A DNA stretch of 64,000 bases from Octopus vulgaris (lineage: Eukaryota): assembly GCA_951406725.2 (NCBI GenBank), contig OX597827.1, positions 61,256,001 through 61,320,000 of the forward strand, written 5' to 3'. This document shows positions 27,176 to 41,015 of the stretch, in pieces. The first letter of the stretch is position 1; each line of letters opens with the position of its first letter. The position numbers and the translations under genes were made by a program. Below the pieces are notes generated by a model. That model saw only the letters and a list, made by a program, of their open reading frames with translations, had not been told where the DNA came from and searched no databases.

Positions 27176-27243
27176 AGGAGAGAGAGAGAGAGAGAGTGTG
27201 AGATTGGGTTGTACACTTGATCTTTGTGGTGGTGGTGGCGGCA

Positions 27244-27274
<31 letters not shown>

Positions 27275-27514
27275 TAGTGGGCCTTCTAAATTGGTGAAAT
27301 TGTAGATGTTGCTGTTGTTGTTATTGTTTAATTTCAAATCATCCCTAAATGAATGCTACTAAAAACAAAAATATGATCAACCCCCACTTTTTTTATTTTC
27401 CACGTATGTAGCACCCTTCATCCTACAATGGCTACAGTAACCTTTTCCAAAAATTGGGCCACATGAGCCATGGCTCATATTAAGGTGGGCCATGCAACTA
27501 AAAAAATATCCACA

Positions 27515-28002
27515 GTACCGTAAATCCTCGTGTATAATCCGCATTTTTCCCCCAAATTTAAAGGTCAAAATCCCTAGTGCGTACTATATACAAGGTTAAA
27601 AATGAAAAATATTTTCTGAGCAATGTCCGAGTCTCTATTCAGACGCATTTTCTGATGTCGGGCACGAAAATACCTTAAGCTAAGCCTGAAAGCAATGAAG
27701 TCATAAAAGAATCATCCATAACTTGCAGTAAGCAACATTTATTAAAATAAAAGTATTCAGAACACAGAATAACATGTAACAAAAACAATTTGCAAACATA
27801 TTTACATTCCCATATAACAGTTAAGAACATCACCATTATTGTATTACACATGCATGGAAGTGTTTGTTCGACTAGGTGCTGTTGGTTTAATTACGCACGA
27901 CTCAAGTTAGAGAAGGGGTGCGTATTATACACAAGGTTTAGGTTTTTCAGCAGTACATCCCCCTAAAAGTTCCATGTGTATTATACTCAAGGATTTACGG
28001 TA
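27515..28002. mobile_element. Tc1/pogo-like MITE (inverted relative at 33745-34182; fragment at 33474-33567)
   Basis: TIRs TACCGTAAATCCTCG / GGATTTACGGTA; internal sequence shared between copies. Confidence 0.75.
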
Positions 28003-31000
28003 ATTTTTCATTAGACATGCCATTCATAAAGTCTCATGGGCCATAGCTTGCTCATGACTGATCTACATTATCCAATATATCTGAGTCATTTTGCATTTTC
28101 TTTCTTTAAGAACTTAATGTATCATGCGAAGGAAGTTTAGCTGTATTTTCTAGCTGATCAAATGACCACATAGCAACTTCCTCATCAGCTTATTCATGTT
28201 GTTGTTGCAGTGGTACAGCCCTCAAATCAGTGCTGATTGTATTCATGCCTTTCAAATGTCTCCATACAACCCACACCTGTCGTCCTAAGCACATGGCTCA
28301 GTGGTTAAAGCATCAGGTTCACAATCAAGAGATAGTGAGTTCAGTTCCCAGACCAGGCTGTGTGTTGTGTTCTTAAGCAAGACCCTTTATTTCACGTTGC
28401 TCCATTTCACTCAGCTGTAGAAATGAGCTGTGACATCACTGGTGTCAAGCTGTATCAGTGTTTGCCTTTTCCTTGGATAACATCGGTGGCACGGAGAGGG
28501 GAGACTCTTATACATGGGCGAAGTCTGCACTTCCATAAACAACCTTGCCTTGATTTGTACCTTGGAAGGTAACTTTCTAAGAGGTCTTTACCCTTCTTAT
28601 CCACATACATCATGTCCTGTTTGCCTGTTCAAGTGATGAGGACCATCAAGTTACTATGTTCCTTCTCGAGCCATGCCTGGCTCATAAGGGCCAGTTTCCC
28701 AGCTTCCTTAGCGTATAGGTTCGCCCGCCTTCTACCACCTTCGCCCGCAGCTCCGCCGCGCTACCGCGAGGCTGAAGTGGGGCTTAAGCAAACCTTGCGC
28801 TCTCGCCCACGTACACGTGGACGTAGGCGCGATCGATGCCGTCAGTTGCCGGGAGTGCGTGGCAATATGCACTGGGTAAAAACAGCGACGTGGTCCGACC
28901 CGTAAGTCGTAGGAGGTGCTCGGACCGTAAGCAAACGGGTCGGCCCCGGCTGGATAGTCACGCTCTAGGTGACCGTCACACCCCAAGGGGGTCAAGACTA
29001 TATTGAGGGCTTGCAGTCGGCAGGTGGATGTCTCCGGGACCATTCGGCAGGATGCCCGAAAGAGTGAGAGAAAATTGTGGTGAAAGAGTAAACAGAAGTT
29101 CTCCATTACCTTCTGCCGGAGCTGCATGAAGCTTAGGTGTTTCGCTCATAAACACACACATTGCCCGGTCTGAGACTCGAACCTGCGATCCCTCGACCGT
29201 GAGTCCACTGCTTTAACCACTAGGCCATGTGCTTCCACACTGAGGACCATTAAGTCATCCTGGCTGAAGGTTGATTGATGACTTGTGTGGTGACTTCGTC
29301 CATGGTCATCTTTAATCCAGTAGCCAGGCCAGATCAAGACAATTGGGGACGATGATGGATGCTGTGAATGACTGCATCTTACTCTCTGTACACCACAGTG
29401 CATTGCTGCTGCCACCTTCCTCTCCTTTGAACCAAGAAGGTTTCTTCCACACAGAGTTCACCAGATCTGGCCTTCACATGCAAGCCTTAACTCACCAACA
29501 ATTACCCATTGGCTATCTTGGCGAGCTGGCAGAAATGTTAGCATGCCGGGCGAAATGCTTAGTGGTATTTCATCTGCCATTATGTTCTGAGTTCAAATTC
29601 TGCCGAGGTCGACTTTGCCTTTCATCCTTTCGGGGCGGATTAAATAATTACCAGTTACGCACTGGGATTCCCTTTGTTTGTCCCCTCTATGTTTAGCCCC
29701 TTGTGGGCAATAAGGAAATATCCTTAACTGGTTTAGTCCATCAGTTGAAGTGGTTTCCAGGGGTGTGACCACGATTGCATGGAAACAGCTACTTACACCC
29801 ACAGGTGAGCGTCAGCTGTCAGATGGAGGCCAAAGTGGATGAATCACTCCTAAAAGTGCCACATGATCCCTCATCAAATGTGAAACCCTTCCCTGACATC
29901 CCATCACCCCTGCTACACCATGTTACTGTCTATATGAAGACCATTGTGTAGATCCTCCTAACATGTAGTGGTTTATCATGTGGAAGGGTGCAGTGTGGAA
30001 GGTTAAAAATTTACTTGTTTTAGAACACTGTATCTATGTTAGTATTTTCATTAGGCATAGGAGTGGCTGTGTGGTAACTAGCTTGCTTACCAGCCACATG
30101 GTTCTGAGTTCAGTTCCACAGTGTGGAACCTTGGGCAAGTGTCTTCTACTATAGCTGCGGGCCAACCAAAGCCTTGTGAGTAGATTTGGTAGAGCAAACC
30201 TGAAAAAAGCCCGTTGTATATGTGTATATATATGTATATATGTGTATATATGTATGTGTGTGTGTGTGTGTGTGTGTATGTTTGTTTGTGTGTCTGTGTT
30301 TGTCCTCCCAACATCGCTTGACAACTGATGCTAGTGTGTTTACATCCTTGTAACTTAGCGGTTCAGCAAAAGAGACTGATAAAATAAGTACTAGACATCC
30401 AAAGAATAAGTCCTGGGGTCGATTTGCTTGACTAAAGGCGGTGCTCCAGCATGGCCACAGTCACATGACTGAAACAAGTAAAAGAGTAAAAGAGAGAGCA
30501 CCAATAAATTCCTCTCTCTCCACCTTGAAAATGGAGGCCAGATTTACCTTATGTTCATATGCAGCCATTATTGGTTGCATATCCTTGACATTTTGTGAAC
30601 TACACCTGCCAAGATTATTACTTAATTCTGAGCTCCCAGAAACAGCTGTCGGACCTGTAATACCATACCTTCTCCCCTTAGTTTTCCTTATGTCTTTGTA
30701 CACAATGTAAATCTGCTCTGTTAATATATATAAATATTTATATATTTATACATAAATGTTCATCTTCTGAATATTCTCAGTTTCTGTCTCTCTCTGTTTA
30801 AATGTATACTCTTTTACTCTTTTCTCTCTTTTACTTGTTTCAGTCATGTGACTGTGGCCATGCTGGAGCACCGCCTTTTAGTCGAACAAATCGACCCCAG
30901 GACTTATTCTTTGTAAGCCTAGTACTTAATCTGTCTCTTTTTGCCGAACCGCTAAGTTACGGGGACGTAAACACACCACCATCGGTTGTCAAGCGATGAT

Positions 31001-34000
31001 CGGGGGACAAACACAGACAAACACACACACACACATATATATATATACATGTACATATATACGACGGGCTTCTTTAAGTTTCCGTCTACCAAATCCACTC
31101 ACAAGGCTTTGGTCGGCCCGAGGCTATAGTAGAAGACACTCACCCAAGGTGCCACGCAGTGGGACTGAACCTGGAACCATGTGGTTCGTAAGCAAGCTAC
31201 TTACCACACAGCCACTCCTGCCCCTGTATGTGTATGCATTTTATATATCTAGCTCAAGCAGCTTATTTTGTTTATTTGCATCATTATCTCCATATCCGCT
31301 CACCAGGATTCCCCTTACAACCACCAGTCTTTCCCTTGCGGACTTGGTCCTCAGTAAAGGTTTCAGAGTGTAAGTTCAAATCATTTGACCTTTGCTAAGT
31401 GTTTTCTATATTGAGAATCTCTGGACCTCGTCTGTTGACTACACACACACACATACACAGACACACACACGCATGCATACATACACACACACACACACAT
31501 ACATATCACAATATATCACAGTATCAACCAGACCATCAGCTGCTATTGTACATCACTGGTCACAATGCGCTTTCAATTTTGTCATGATTGCATCATTCTT
31601 TTCCATCTTGACCCGAAAGGCCTAGCTACATCTTCTTCCAATTGCCATAGATGCCTTCCAAGTGGCCTTTTCTGATCTCTTGGCTATCACTCAGCTACTG
31701 CATGGGTCACTTTCTAGGTGTAATCCAAGGTCATTCTAGGTGTAATCCAAGGTATAATCCAAGGTCACACACAGACACACACACACACACACATATATAC
31801 ACATATATACATACATATACACATATACAACGGGCTTTTTTCAGTTTTACTCTACCAAATCTACTCACAAGGCTTTGGTCGGCCCGCAGCTATAGTAGAA
31901 GACACTTGCCCAAGGTTCCACGCTGTGGAACTGAACTCAGAACCATGAGGGGGTGTTTATTTTATGTATGTCTGTATGTATATACATATGAATATCAATA
32001 ATACAGTAATTGTTTCTTATCAGGAACAAAATGTTTAATAGGACTGCCATAGAAGTGCTCAATTAAATGAGACAAATATATTAAACTGTGGTTTCCCTTA
32101 TCTGAAAAGTAATTTTTAATCGGAAAAAAAGGTTTAAACGATGAACTTTTATCTGACCTTATATATTATATATTACTTATTTATATGCTTCCTATATTTA
32201 TATATGTATTTTTATATATCTATATATTTATAATAATAATAAAATAATAATAATAATTGTGTACAGTGCTCAGGTGCACTACAACTCATCTAAAGTGTAT
32301 ATATAATCAGGTGTAGTTTCGGCGGATTTCGGAAAGCATGAGGGCCTTAAAGGATGCAGTGTCATGGCAGTCAACAACTGATGCAGGCAGTTTATTCCAT
32401 GCTTCAGCAACTCTGAGCGTGAAAAAATGTTTCCGAAAGTCATGGGAGCTGTGTTGTTTTCTGACTTTGTAGGCATGTCCACGTGTGTTAGACACATGGA
32501 GATCATTACTTATATTTTTATTATTCTAGGTGTTGTAATGTTTTTAAAAAAATATATATTTCTTAATCGCTAAAGTATTAATCGTTAACTTTTAACCGAG
32601 ATGAACTGTATTCAAGCATTTTTCTTGTATTTTCTTATATATTTGCACTGATGAGTTGTGTTTCATCTTCCGTGATGTTATACATGTATATTCTATGTGA
32701 AAGAAAAAGCATTATGTGATTAAATGTTCGAGATATGAAATGTTACGTGGATGAGCTTGTATTTGTTTGTTCTGCAACCACAGTTTAATATACATATGAA
32801 TATATATGTGCATTGGAGACACATGGTTAAGTGGCTGGAGCCTCATCATCATAAGGTTGTGATTCCTGGACCTGGTACCACATTGTGTTCTTGAGCAAGA
32901 CACTTCATTTCACATTGCTTCTGTCTACTCAACCAGCAAAAATGAGTTACCCTGTGATGGACAAGCGTCCCATCCAGGTGGGGTATATATGTGCCTTGAA
33001 ACCAGGAAACCAACACTTATGAGAAGGTATCTTTGCTTTTGCTTTTATATACATGTGTGTGAGTATATATATATTTCTTTATTACCCACAAGGGGCTAAA
33101 CATAGAGGGGACAAACAAAGACAGACAAAGGGATTAAGTCGATTACATCGACCCCAGTGCGTAACCGGTACTTTATTTTTCGACCCCGAAAGGATGAAAG
33201 GCATGGTCGACCTTGGCGGAATTTGAACTCGGAACGTAACGACAGACGAAATACTGCTACACTTTTCACCTGGCATGCTAATGTTTCTGCCAGCTTACCA
33301 TGTGAGTGTATATATGAGAGCAACATTCATTACTTCTTAGAATTCCTCTTCTTTAATATTCTTCTCTTTCAACTGCTTTTATCAGTCATGTGTATCACAA
33401 GCACTTAACTGTGGCATCTTCTTTATTGCACACTTCATCTTATATCCTCTTATACCCAGTTTCCTCCCATCAATTACCATAAATCCTCGAGTATAGTCCA
33501 CCCTTGAGTCTAATATGCAGGGTATTTTTAGGGGGCTGTACCTTTGAAAAACCTAAACCTTGTGTCCAACTAACTGTCCTATCTTTTCCTATGTCTGTTG
33601 ATGTTATTTTGAAGGGAGGTAATCCATTTTGGCTCAGTATTAACTCAATATTAACTTTGGATTAGTCTCTTTGACTCCCATCAATTGGTGCACAGTTATT
33701 TCATACAATACAGCAGGACAAAAGCAGAGAGTTTGAATTTGAGTTACCGTAAATCCTCGAGTATAGTTCGCCCTTGAGTATAATACTCAGGGGATTTTTA
33801 GGAGGCTGTACCTCTGAAAAACCTAAACCTTGTGTATAATATGCACCCCTTCTCAAACTTTAGTCAAGGAGGTCTATACAACGACCTTGGTTTGTAAAAA
33901 TGAATACAGTAACATCCTTTATTATTATTGTATATATAACATAATGCAAACGTGTAGCTTTTTTGTGCATTTTGTTTGCAGAAAATAAAGAAATAACAAT

Positions 34001-36029
34001 AATAACATTTAATAAATGTGGCTTACTGCAAGTTATGGATGATTCTTTTATGACTTCATTGCTTTCAGGCTTAGCTTAAGGTATTTTCACGCCTGACATC
34101 ACAAAATGCGTCAGTACGCACTAGGGATTTTGATCTTTAGATTTTGGGAATAAAATGCGGATTATACTCGAAGATTTACGGTATGTACTGTTGTTCATGC
34201 ACACAGACGTTAATCAAGCAGACCATATTCGTTGCCTTTCTTTTCAGTCTTTGCATATTTTTTCACGATCAGTGGCTATGTTTCACTGGCATGCAATGTT
34301 CACTCCATTCGGGGTTCAATCCTACAGTGTGGATCCTTGGAAAATATCTTCTGCTATACACTCCATGGTGACCAAAGCCTTGTACAAGTGGATTTAGTAG
34401 AAGGAAACTGAGAAACCGAAAGAAGTCCAGTAGAGACATGGGGTTCTGAAAACATAGTAGCCAAAGTAAGAATGAGATGGAGAAAGATCAGGGAGCTAAT
34501 CCCTTTTTCTGGCAATAAAAGTATTCATTCTTCTAGTAAAGGTTATATTGCATGATGATTGTGTCATCATCTTCATCGTCATTTTAATGTCTACTTTTTC
34601 ATGCATGCCCAGCTCAGAAGGAATTCCTTGAAGTAGATTCTCTACACTTGTTTTGAAGCAAGGTAGCATTTCCCCATGACTCACTTTACTCTCTTTTACT
34701 CATTTACTTGTTTCAGTCATTTGACTGTGGCCATGCTGGAGCACTGCTTTTAGTCGAGCAAACCGATCTCAGGACTTATTCTTTGTAAGCCTAGTACTTA
34801 TTCTATTGGTCTCTTTTGCTGAACCGCTAAGTTACGGGGACGTAAACACACCAGCATCGGTTGTCAAGCGATGTCGGGGGGACAAACACACAGACACAAG
34901 CACGCACACAGACACAAGCACACACACAGACACAAGCACACACACATACATATATACGACGGGCTTCTTTCAGTTTCCATCTACCAAATCCACTCACAAG
35001 GCTTTGGTCGGCCTGAGGCTATAGTAGAAGACACTTGACCAAGGTGCCACACAGTGGGACTGAACCTGGAACCATGTGGTTGGTAAGCACACAGCCACTC
35101 ATTCGCCACTCCTGACTGGACATGTTCTCGTAGAAGTCTGGAAACAAATGATATCACTTGTGTGTAAGTGGCACTCATGCTTGTGGTATGTAAAAAGCAC
35201 CCAATACACTCTTGGAGTGGTTGGTGTTAGGAAGGGCATCCAGCCATAGAAACCTTACCAAATTGGACTGGAACTTGGTGCAGCTCCCTGGCTTACCAGT
35301 TTTCAGTCAAATCGTTCAACCCAAGCCAGTATGGAAGGCAGATATTAAATGATAATGATAATGATAAATAAATAAGCAACAGATGATGGATAAATGTCAT
35401 TTATCTGTCATCTGTTGGTTATCTATTTATTTGGTTATAATACACCAAAAGGCATCTACGACCCATTGGACATCCTACAGTATATCAAACACTGTTTGAT
35501 CAAAACAGTGTGTGCTTTGGACCAGCTCCTAGGTGATAAATACTCTTGATGGTTGAATCCTCTGTGTGCACAACCTGAATATTTTGTTGCATGTACTTTA
35601 GTACCCAGTGGTTTGAGCATCGAGCTTATGATCGTGAGGTTGTGAGTTCGAATCCCAGACTGGGCTGCATGTTGTGTTCTTGAACAAGACACTTTATTTC
35701 ACGTTGCTCCAGTTCACTCAGCTGTAGAAATGAGTTGCAGTGCCACAGGTGCCGAGCTGTATTGCCCGTTGCTTTTCCCTTGGATAACACTGGTGGTGTG
35801 GAGAAGGGAGACCGGTATGCATGGGCGACTGCTGGTCTTCCATAAACAACCTTGCCCGGACTTGTGCCTGGGGTGGGGGGGATAACTTTCTAGGCACAAT
35901 CTCATGGCCAGTCATGACTAAAGGGGGTCTCAATATTTATCTAACTAAAGGTGTTGCTTACAGGTTAATTCAACTCAACCTAGTGTATATCATTTGAGTA
36001 CCCAATTCTCTCCAGAATCCTTAATATTT

Positions 36030-37190
36030 ATCATCATCATCATTATCATCATTTAACACCTGCTTTCCATGCTGGTATGGGTTGAACAGTTTGCCTGAGG
36101 ACTGGCAAGCCAGTAGGCTACAACAGGCTCCAGTCAGATCTGGCAAGGTCTCTTATTTCTTTATTGCCCACAAGGGGCTAAACATAGAGGGGACAAACAA
36201 GGATAGGCAAAGGGATTAAGTCGATCACATCAACCCCCAGTGCATAACTGGTACTTATTTAATCGATCGCTAAGGGATGAAACGCAAAGTCGACCTCGGC
36301 AGAATTTGAACTCAGAACGTAGCGGCAGACAAAATACCGCTAGTCATTTCATCCGGTGTGCTAATGTTTCTGCCAGCTCACTGCCTTTTTCTGGCAAGGT
36401 TTCTACAGCTGGATGCCCTTTCTAACGCCAACCACTCCAAGAATGTAGTGGGTGCTTTTTACATGCTACTGGCAGTCAGGGGTCACTGGCACTGACCATA
36501 TTTGGACGATGCTTTTTACATGCCACCAGCTCAGGAGCCAGTCAGGCAGAACAGGTCTCAGTCTCTTGTCATTGCCTCTGTGAGGCTCAATGTTCAAAGA
36601 TCATGCTTCACCACCTCATCCCATGTTTTCCTGGGTCTATCTCTTCTACAGGCTCCTTCTGCTGTTAGGGTGTGACACTTTTTCACACAGCTGTCCTCAT
36701 CCATATGCAACACATGACCATACCAGCGCAGTCGTCTCTTTTCTACACTACATATGATGCTTCTTATGTCCAACTTTTCTCTCAAGGTACTTACACTCTG
36801 TTAAGTATGCACACAGACATTACACACCCAGTGGATCATACCAGCTTCATTTCTTTCAAGCCTACACATCTCCTCAGCAGTCATGGCCCATGTTTCGCTG
36901 CTGTGTAGCATGGCAGTGCGCACACATGCGTCATACAGTTTACCTTTTACTCTAAGTGAGGGGGCCTTTGTTGCCAGCAAAGGTAGGAGCTTTCTGAACT
37001 TTGACCAGGCTATTCTTATTCTAGCAGCTACACTTTCAGAGCAACCACCCTCACTACAGACTTGGTTGCCTAGGTAGTGTAAGCTATCAACGACTTCTAG
37101 TTTTCCTCTTGGCATGTGATGGAATCTGTTTTCTGTACAGTTTTGGTGTTTATTGTCCCAGTGCATCTGCCACGCACAAAAACTATATTC
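36030..37190 (-). mobile_element. RTE LINE 3' fragment with nested SINE
   Basis: LEVVDSLHYLG...GKLYDACVRTAMLHSSETW...RRLRWYGHV; (GAT)n tail near 36030. Confidence 0.85.
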
Positions 37191-38214
37191 CTAATGAGTT
37201 GCAACATCCCTGGTGCCAAGCTGTATCAGCCTTTGCCTTTCCCTTGGATAACATCAGAGATGTGGAGAGGCAGGGCTAGTATGCATGGCTGACTACTGGG
37301 TTCCCATAAGCAATCTTGCTTATATTTTCATTTACCCAAAGACAGGTACTTTCATCCCCCACCCCTCATATGTAACATTGATACAATTGTTCTGCTATGG
37401 ATGACGATGACTGCCATCAATACTATCATATGTAACAGTGACTACTGTTTGTGATGTAATATGGGAGAATGACTACTGTTAGTGCTAGCATACGATATTT
37501 ATAGCAGGAGTTCAATGACACTGTGTAACAATTTTTTTTTTTGTCTTAGGTCAGTAAGTGATATTTCCAATATGTTTCTATTTAGATTTCAAAGGATATC
37601 ACTGCTATTCCTTTTAAACTATGCTTTTGCCACTTGGACATCAATGTTTTCAAACTGACCTATTTTTAATTACATTTCATACAGATTTCCCATTGAATTG
37701 TTGAAGCAGAAATATCGTTTTAACAAATATTCAGCTCACTACCACAGATCTGCTTGTCAGTTGCTTGATCTTAGCCACTTGAGCATGTCTGCATTATTGC
37801 AAAATGCAAAAAAATATTTCAAAATAATGCAGAATTTGTGCTACATTGTCAGGTGAAAGAAAGTCTTTGTTAAATATTTCTGTTAAATATTTCTGTCATT
37901 TATGACTTTATACACTCCTTATCCTTTTCTCTCATATATTACTATATATTTCTTTATATGGTTTGTAGAATGATACATTAAGGAGCTTTTTTATGAGTAC
38001 TACCAGATTATTTGAATCCATATATTGTGGCTTAAATATATATATATATATCACTGTCCATAGCACTTACTCAGCATTACCTGACACCTTTGGGTCTTCT
38101 TGACACCACTACCTCTCATAACCTATATATATATATGTGTATATATATATAAATCCGAATTGATAGAATAGAACAAGTCTGTCACTGTTTGAGTTGCCTA
38201 ATAGTGGTTTTATC

Positions 38215-38257
<43 letters not shown>

Positions 38258-38481
38258 ATTATTATTATTATTATTATCATCATTATTATCGTTTCTTAAA
38301 TATAGCCATGAAACACATGTCATTATTCTACCAAATATATACATTATATTTTATTTTGCACATTACTTAATCAATTTTATATGTTTTATCTTATATTTTA
38401 ATCTTTCTATAAGATGTATTTTTTCTAAATGGTATAATTTAATTTTTCATTATTGAATTGATGAAAGGTGGTTTTTCTCTA

Positions 38482-38530
<49 letters not shown>

Positions 38531-38949
38531 TATATAAAATGAATATTATTCTCATAATTTTCTTTGGCAACACTACAGGACATTGGAAAGCAGAAACGAC
38601 TGTTAGACGGGATAAAGCTTTGTATTAAAAACATAATAATCAATAGTAGTCAATTTGTTGTTGATCAAGATTTTTCCATTTCCTGCTTAATTTAAATTTG
38701 ATTCCTGATAAATTCTTGTTTATCTTTGTTATTGCCTGAATCCTATGAGCATAATATGCTTGCATATGTATGCCCAGGGTTAACATTGGTAATTTATACC
38801 AGTAGTAAAATGGATACACAGTTATTCTAACCACTAACTCTATTAATCTTATACATATACACATATATATATATTGCTATGTTGATTTGCTAGCGTCTGC
38901 ACGCATTTTTTTTCTCTCCTTGTTTCTTTCCGTGTTTCTTTTCTGTGTA

Positions 38950-38987
38950 TCTTTCTGTTGAAGAGCGTAGGCTTGAAACGTAAAAGA
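38950..38987 (+). ncRNA. Minimal hammerhead-like motif, degenerate (relatives at 40466-40501 on + and 9538-9572 on -)
   Basis: TCTTT-CTGTTGA-A-GAGC-GTAG-GCTT-GAAA-CG-TA-AAAGA; core position A6 substituted. Confidence 0.5.
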
Positions 38988-39079
38988 CTTGTTTTATTTA
39001 TATTCCTGAGCGCTATACTAATACAATTTTTTGTTTGTATTCCACCTGCCTTCGTCTTTTGTTTATTTTCATAAAGCTT

Positions 39080-39151
<72 letters not shown>

Positions 39152-39544
39152 ATATAAAATTAACAGAATGAGATAAAAATCCAAGGCTGTGAAAGATTTT
39201 AGAACATTTATAAAGAGGTCTCACAGGTGTTTGAGGTATATTTTATATATCCCTTCATCAGAGATGGTGCGAGAAAATGGTTAAGCAATAGTAATTTTAC
39301 TCTTTATTTCATATCTTCTCTAGAATAACTATTGCTTAACCATTATAAAATAACTTTTTACAGCTTATCACACTTTGATATAGGAAAAACCTACATGCTT
39401 CTACACCAATAAACTATTATTGCTTCTGAAAGTTGTTTCTTAAACCTGTTACAGATTGCTCGAAGCTTACTAACTTTCTACACCAAGAACCTTGGTTCTT
39501 ACTATTACATGTCATTATATATATGTGTGTGTGTGTGTGTGTGT

Positions 39545-39870
39545 GAAGACGTATGGCTTAGTGGTTAGATTGGCTCACTATCATGAGGTAGTGAGTTCGA
39601 TTTCCAGACCAGGCTGTGTGTTGTATTCTTGACCAAAACACTTTATTTCACGTTGCTCTAGTTCATTCAGCTGTAGAGTTGCGATGTCACTCGTGCGAAG
39701 CTGTATTGGCCTTTGCATTTCCCTTGGATAACATCAGCGGCATGGAGAGGAGCGGCTGGCATGCATGGGCGACTGCTGGTCTTCCATAAACAACATGACC
39801 CAGACTTGTGCCTCGGAGGGTAACTTTCTAGGTGCAATCCCATGGTCATTCATGACCAAAGGAGGTCTTT
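39545..39870 (+). mobile_element. Third tRNA-derived SINE family (copies near 28290, 32815, 35605, 53310)
   Basis: TGGCTTAGTGG...GAGTTCGATTTCC head with shared body. Confidence 0.75.
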
Positions 39871-39879
39871 ACTCTTTTA

Positions 39880-39912
<33 letters not shown>

Positions 39913-40331
39913 ATACTCTGTTGTATTTGGGGAGAGTAATTTTCTTTTTGTGCCTTATAATTTAACTCATTCACTGGTAAAATTTCTACTTATTTTTATT
40001 TTTATTTTCCTAAAATTTTTGTTGCATCTTGCAACCTTTTCACTAGTCTTGACTCTCTATTGAAAAGGTTGCAAGACGCAACGAAGATTTTAGGAAAAAA
40101 AAAAAAGAAATAAGTGGAAATTTTAAGGCACAAAAAGAAAATTACTCTCCCCAGACACAACAGAATATGCTTCAACACACATAAAGAATCTTGCAAACCA
40201 AATCCATAAACCATATATATATATATCATGGCTACCGAATAATTGTCACATATTATATTTACAAATAAATTACTCTATTTATATAATAGCAAGGTCTCTT
40301 TCATTCTTTTGTTGTCTTACCATTTTTATCA

Positions 40332-40379
<48 letters not shown>

Positions 40380-40645
40380 GTATGATATATTTACGCCATG
40401 ATAGATTGTTAGCCACTACACAAATTTTTCCCTCCTTTTTTTCTCTCCTTCTTTTTTCTGTGTCCCTTTCTGTAGAAGAGCATAGGCTCGAAATGCAAAA
40501 GACTTTTTCTATTCCTGAGTGTTATACTAATACATCTGTTTGTTTTGTACACCACCTGTTTTCGTCTTTTATTTTTCGTAAACTCTCCTCTCTCTATATA
40601 TATATAATATATATATACACACACACATCTACATTTATATATATA

Positions 40646-40900
40646 TATTATATTAAATTAGAGATAAAACCACTATTTGGCAAATCATACAATGAAAAAC
40701 TTAAGCCAATACTTAAGATTAATTAATTTATATTATTTAAATATATAACAAAATTATTAAAAAAGATAATTAATAATTATCTTTTTTAATAATTTTGTTA
40801 TATATTTAAATAATATAAATTAAATAATCTTATGTATTGGCTTAAGTTTTTCATTGTATGATTTGCCTAATAGTGGTTTTATCTCTAATTTAATATAATA
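40646..40900. repeat. Near-perfect 255-bp palindrome (1-nt loop at 40773)
   Basis: arms reverse-complementary with about 3 mismatches; arm sequence also present near 3560-3690. Confidence 0.9.
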
Positions 40901-40977
40901 TAATATTTTTCTATAAAATTGGATTCAATCCTAAATCTGATTTTTCCCTGTAAGTTTGGATTTATTCCCTAATATTT

Positions 40978-41015
<38 letters not shown>

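Noticed and set aside
28612-29127. 97-aa and 131-aa ORFs over the GC-rich block
   Set aside because: No recognisable motifs, both overlap SINE sequence, and GC-rich DNA is naturally poor in stops; no clean HDV-like ribozyme fold found by eye
32645-32750. CTGATGA...GAAA hammerhead-like spacing (other CTGATGA near 43540, 60869, 61856)
   Set aside because: Stem I and the cleavage triplet could not be formed convincingly
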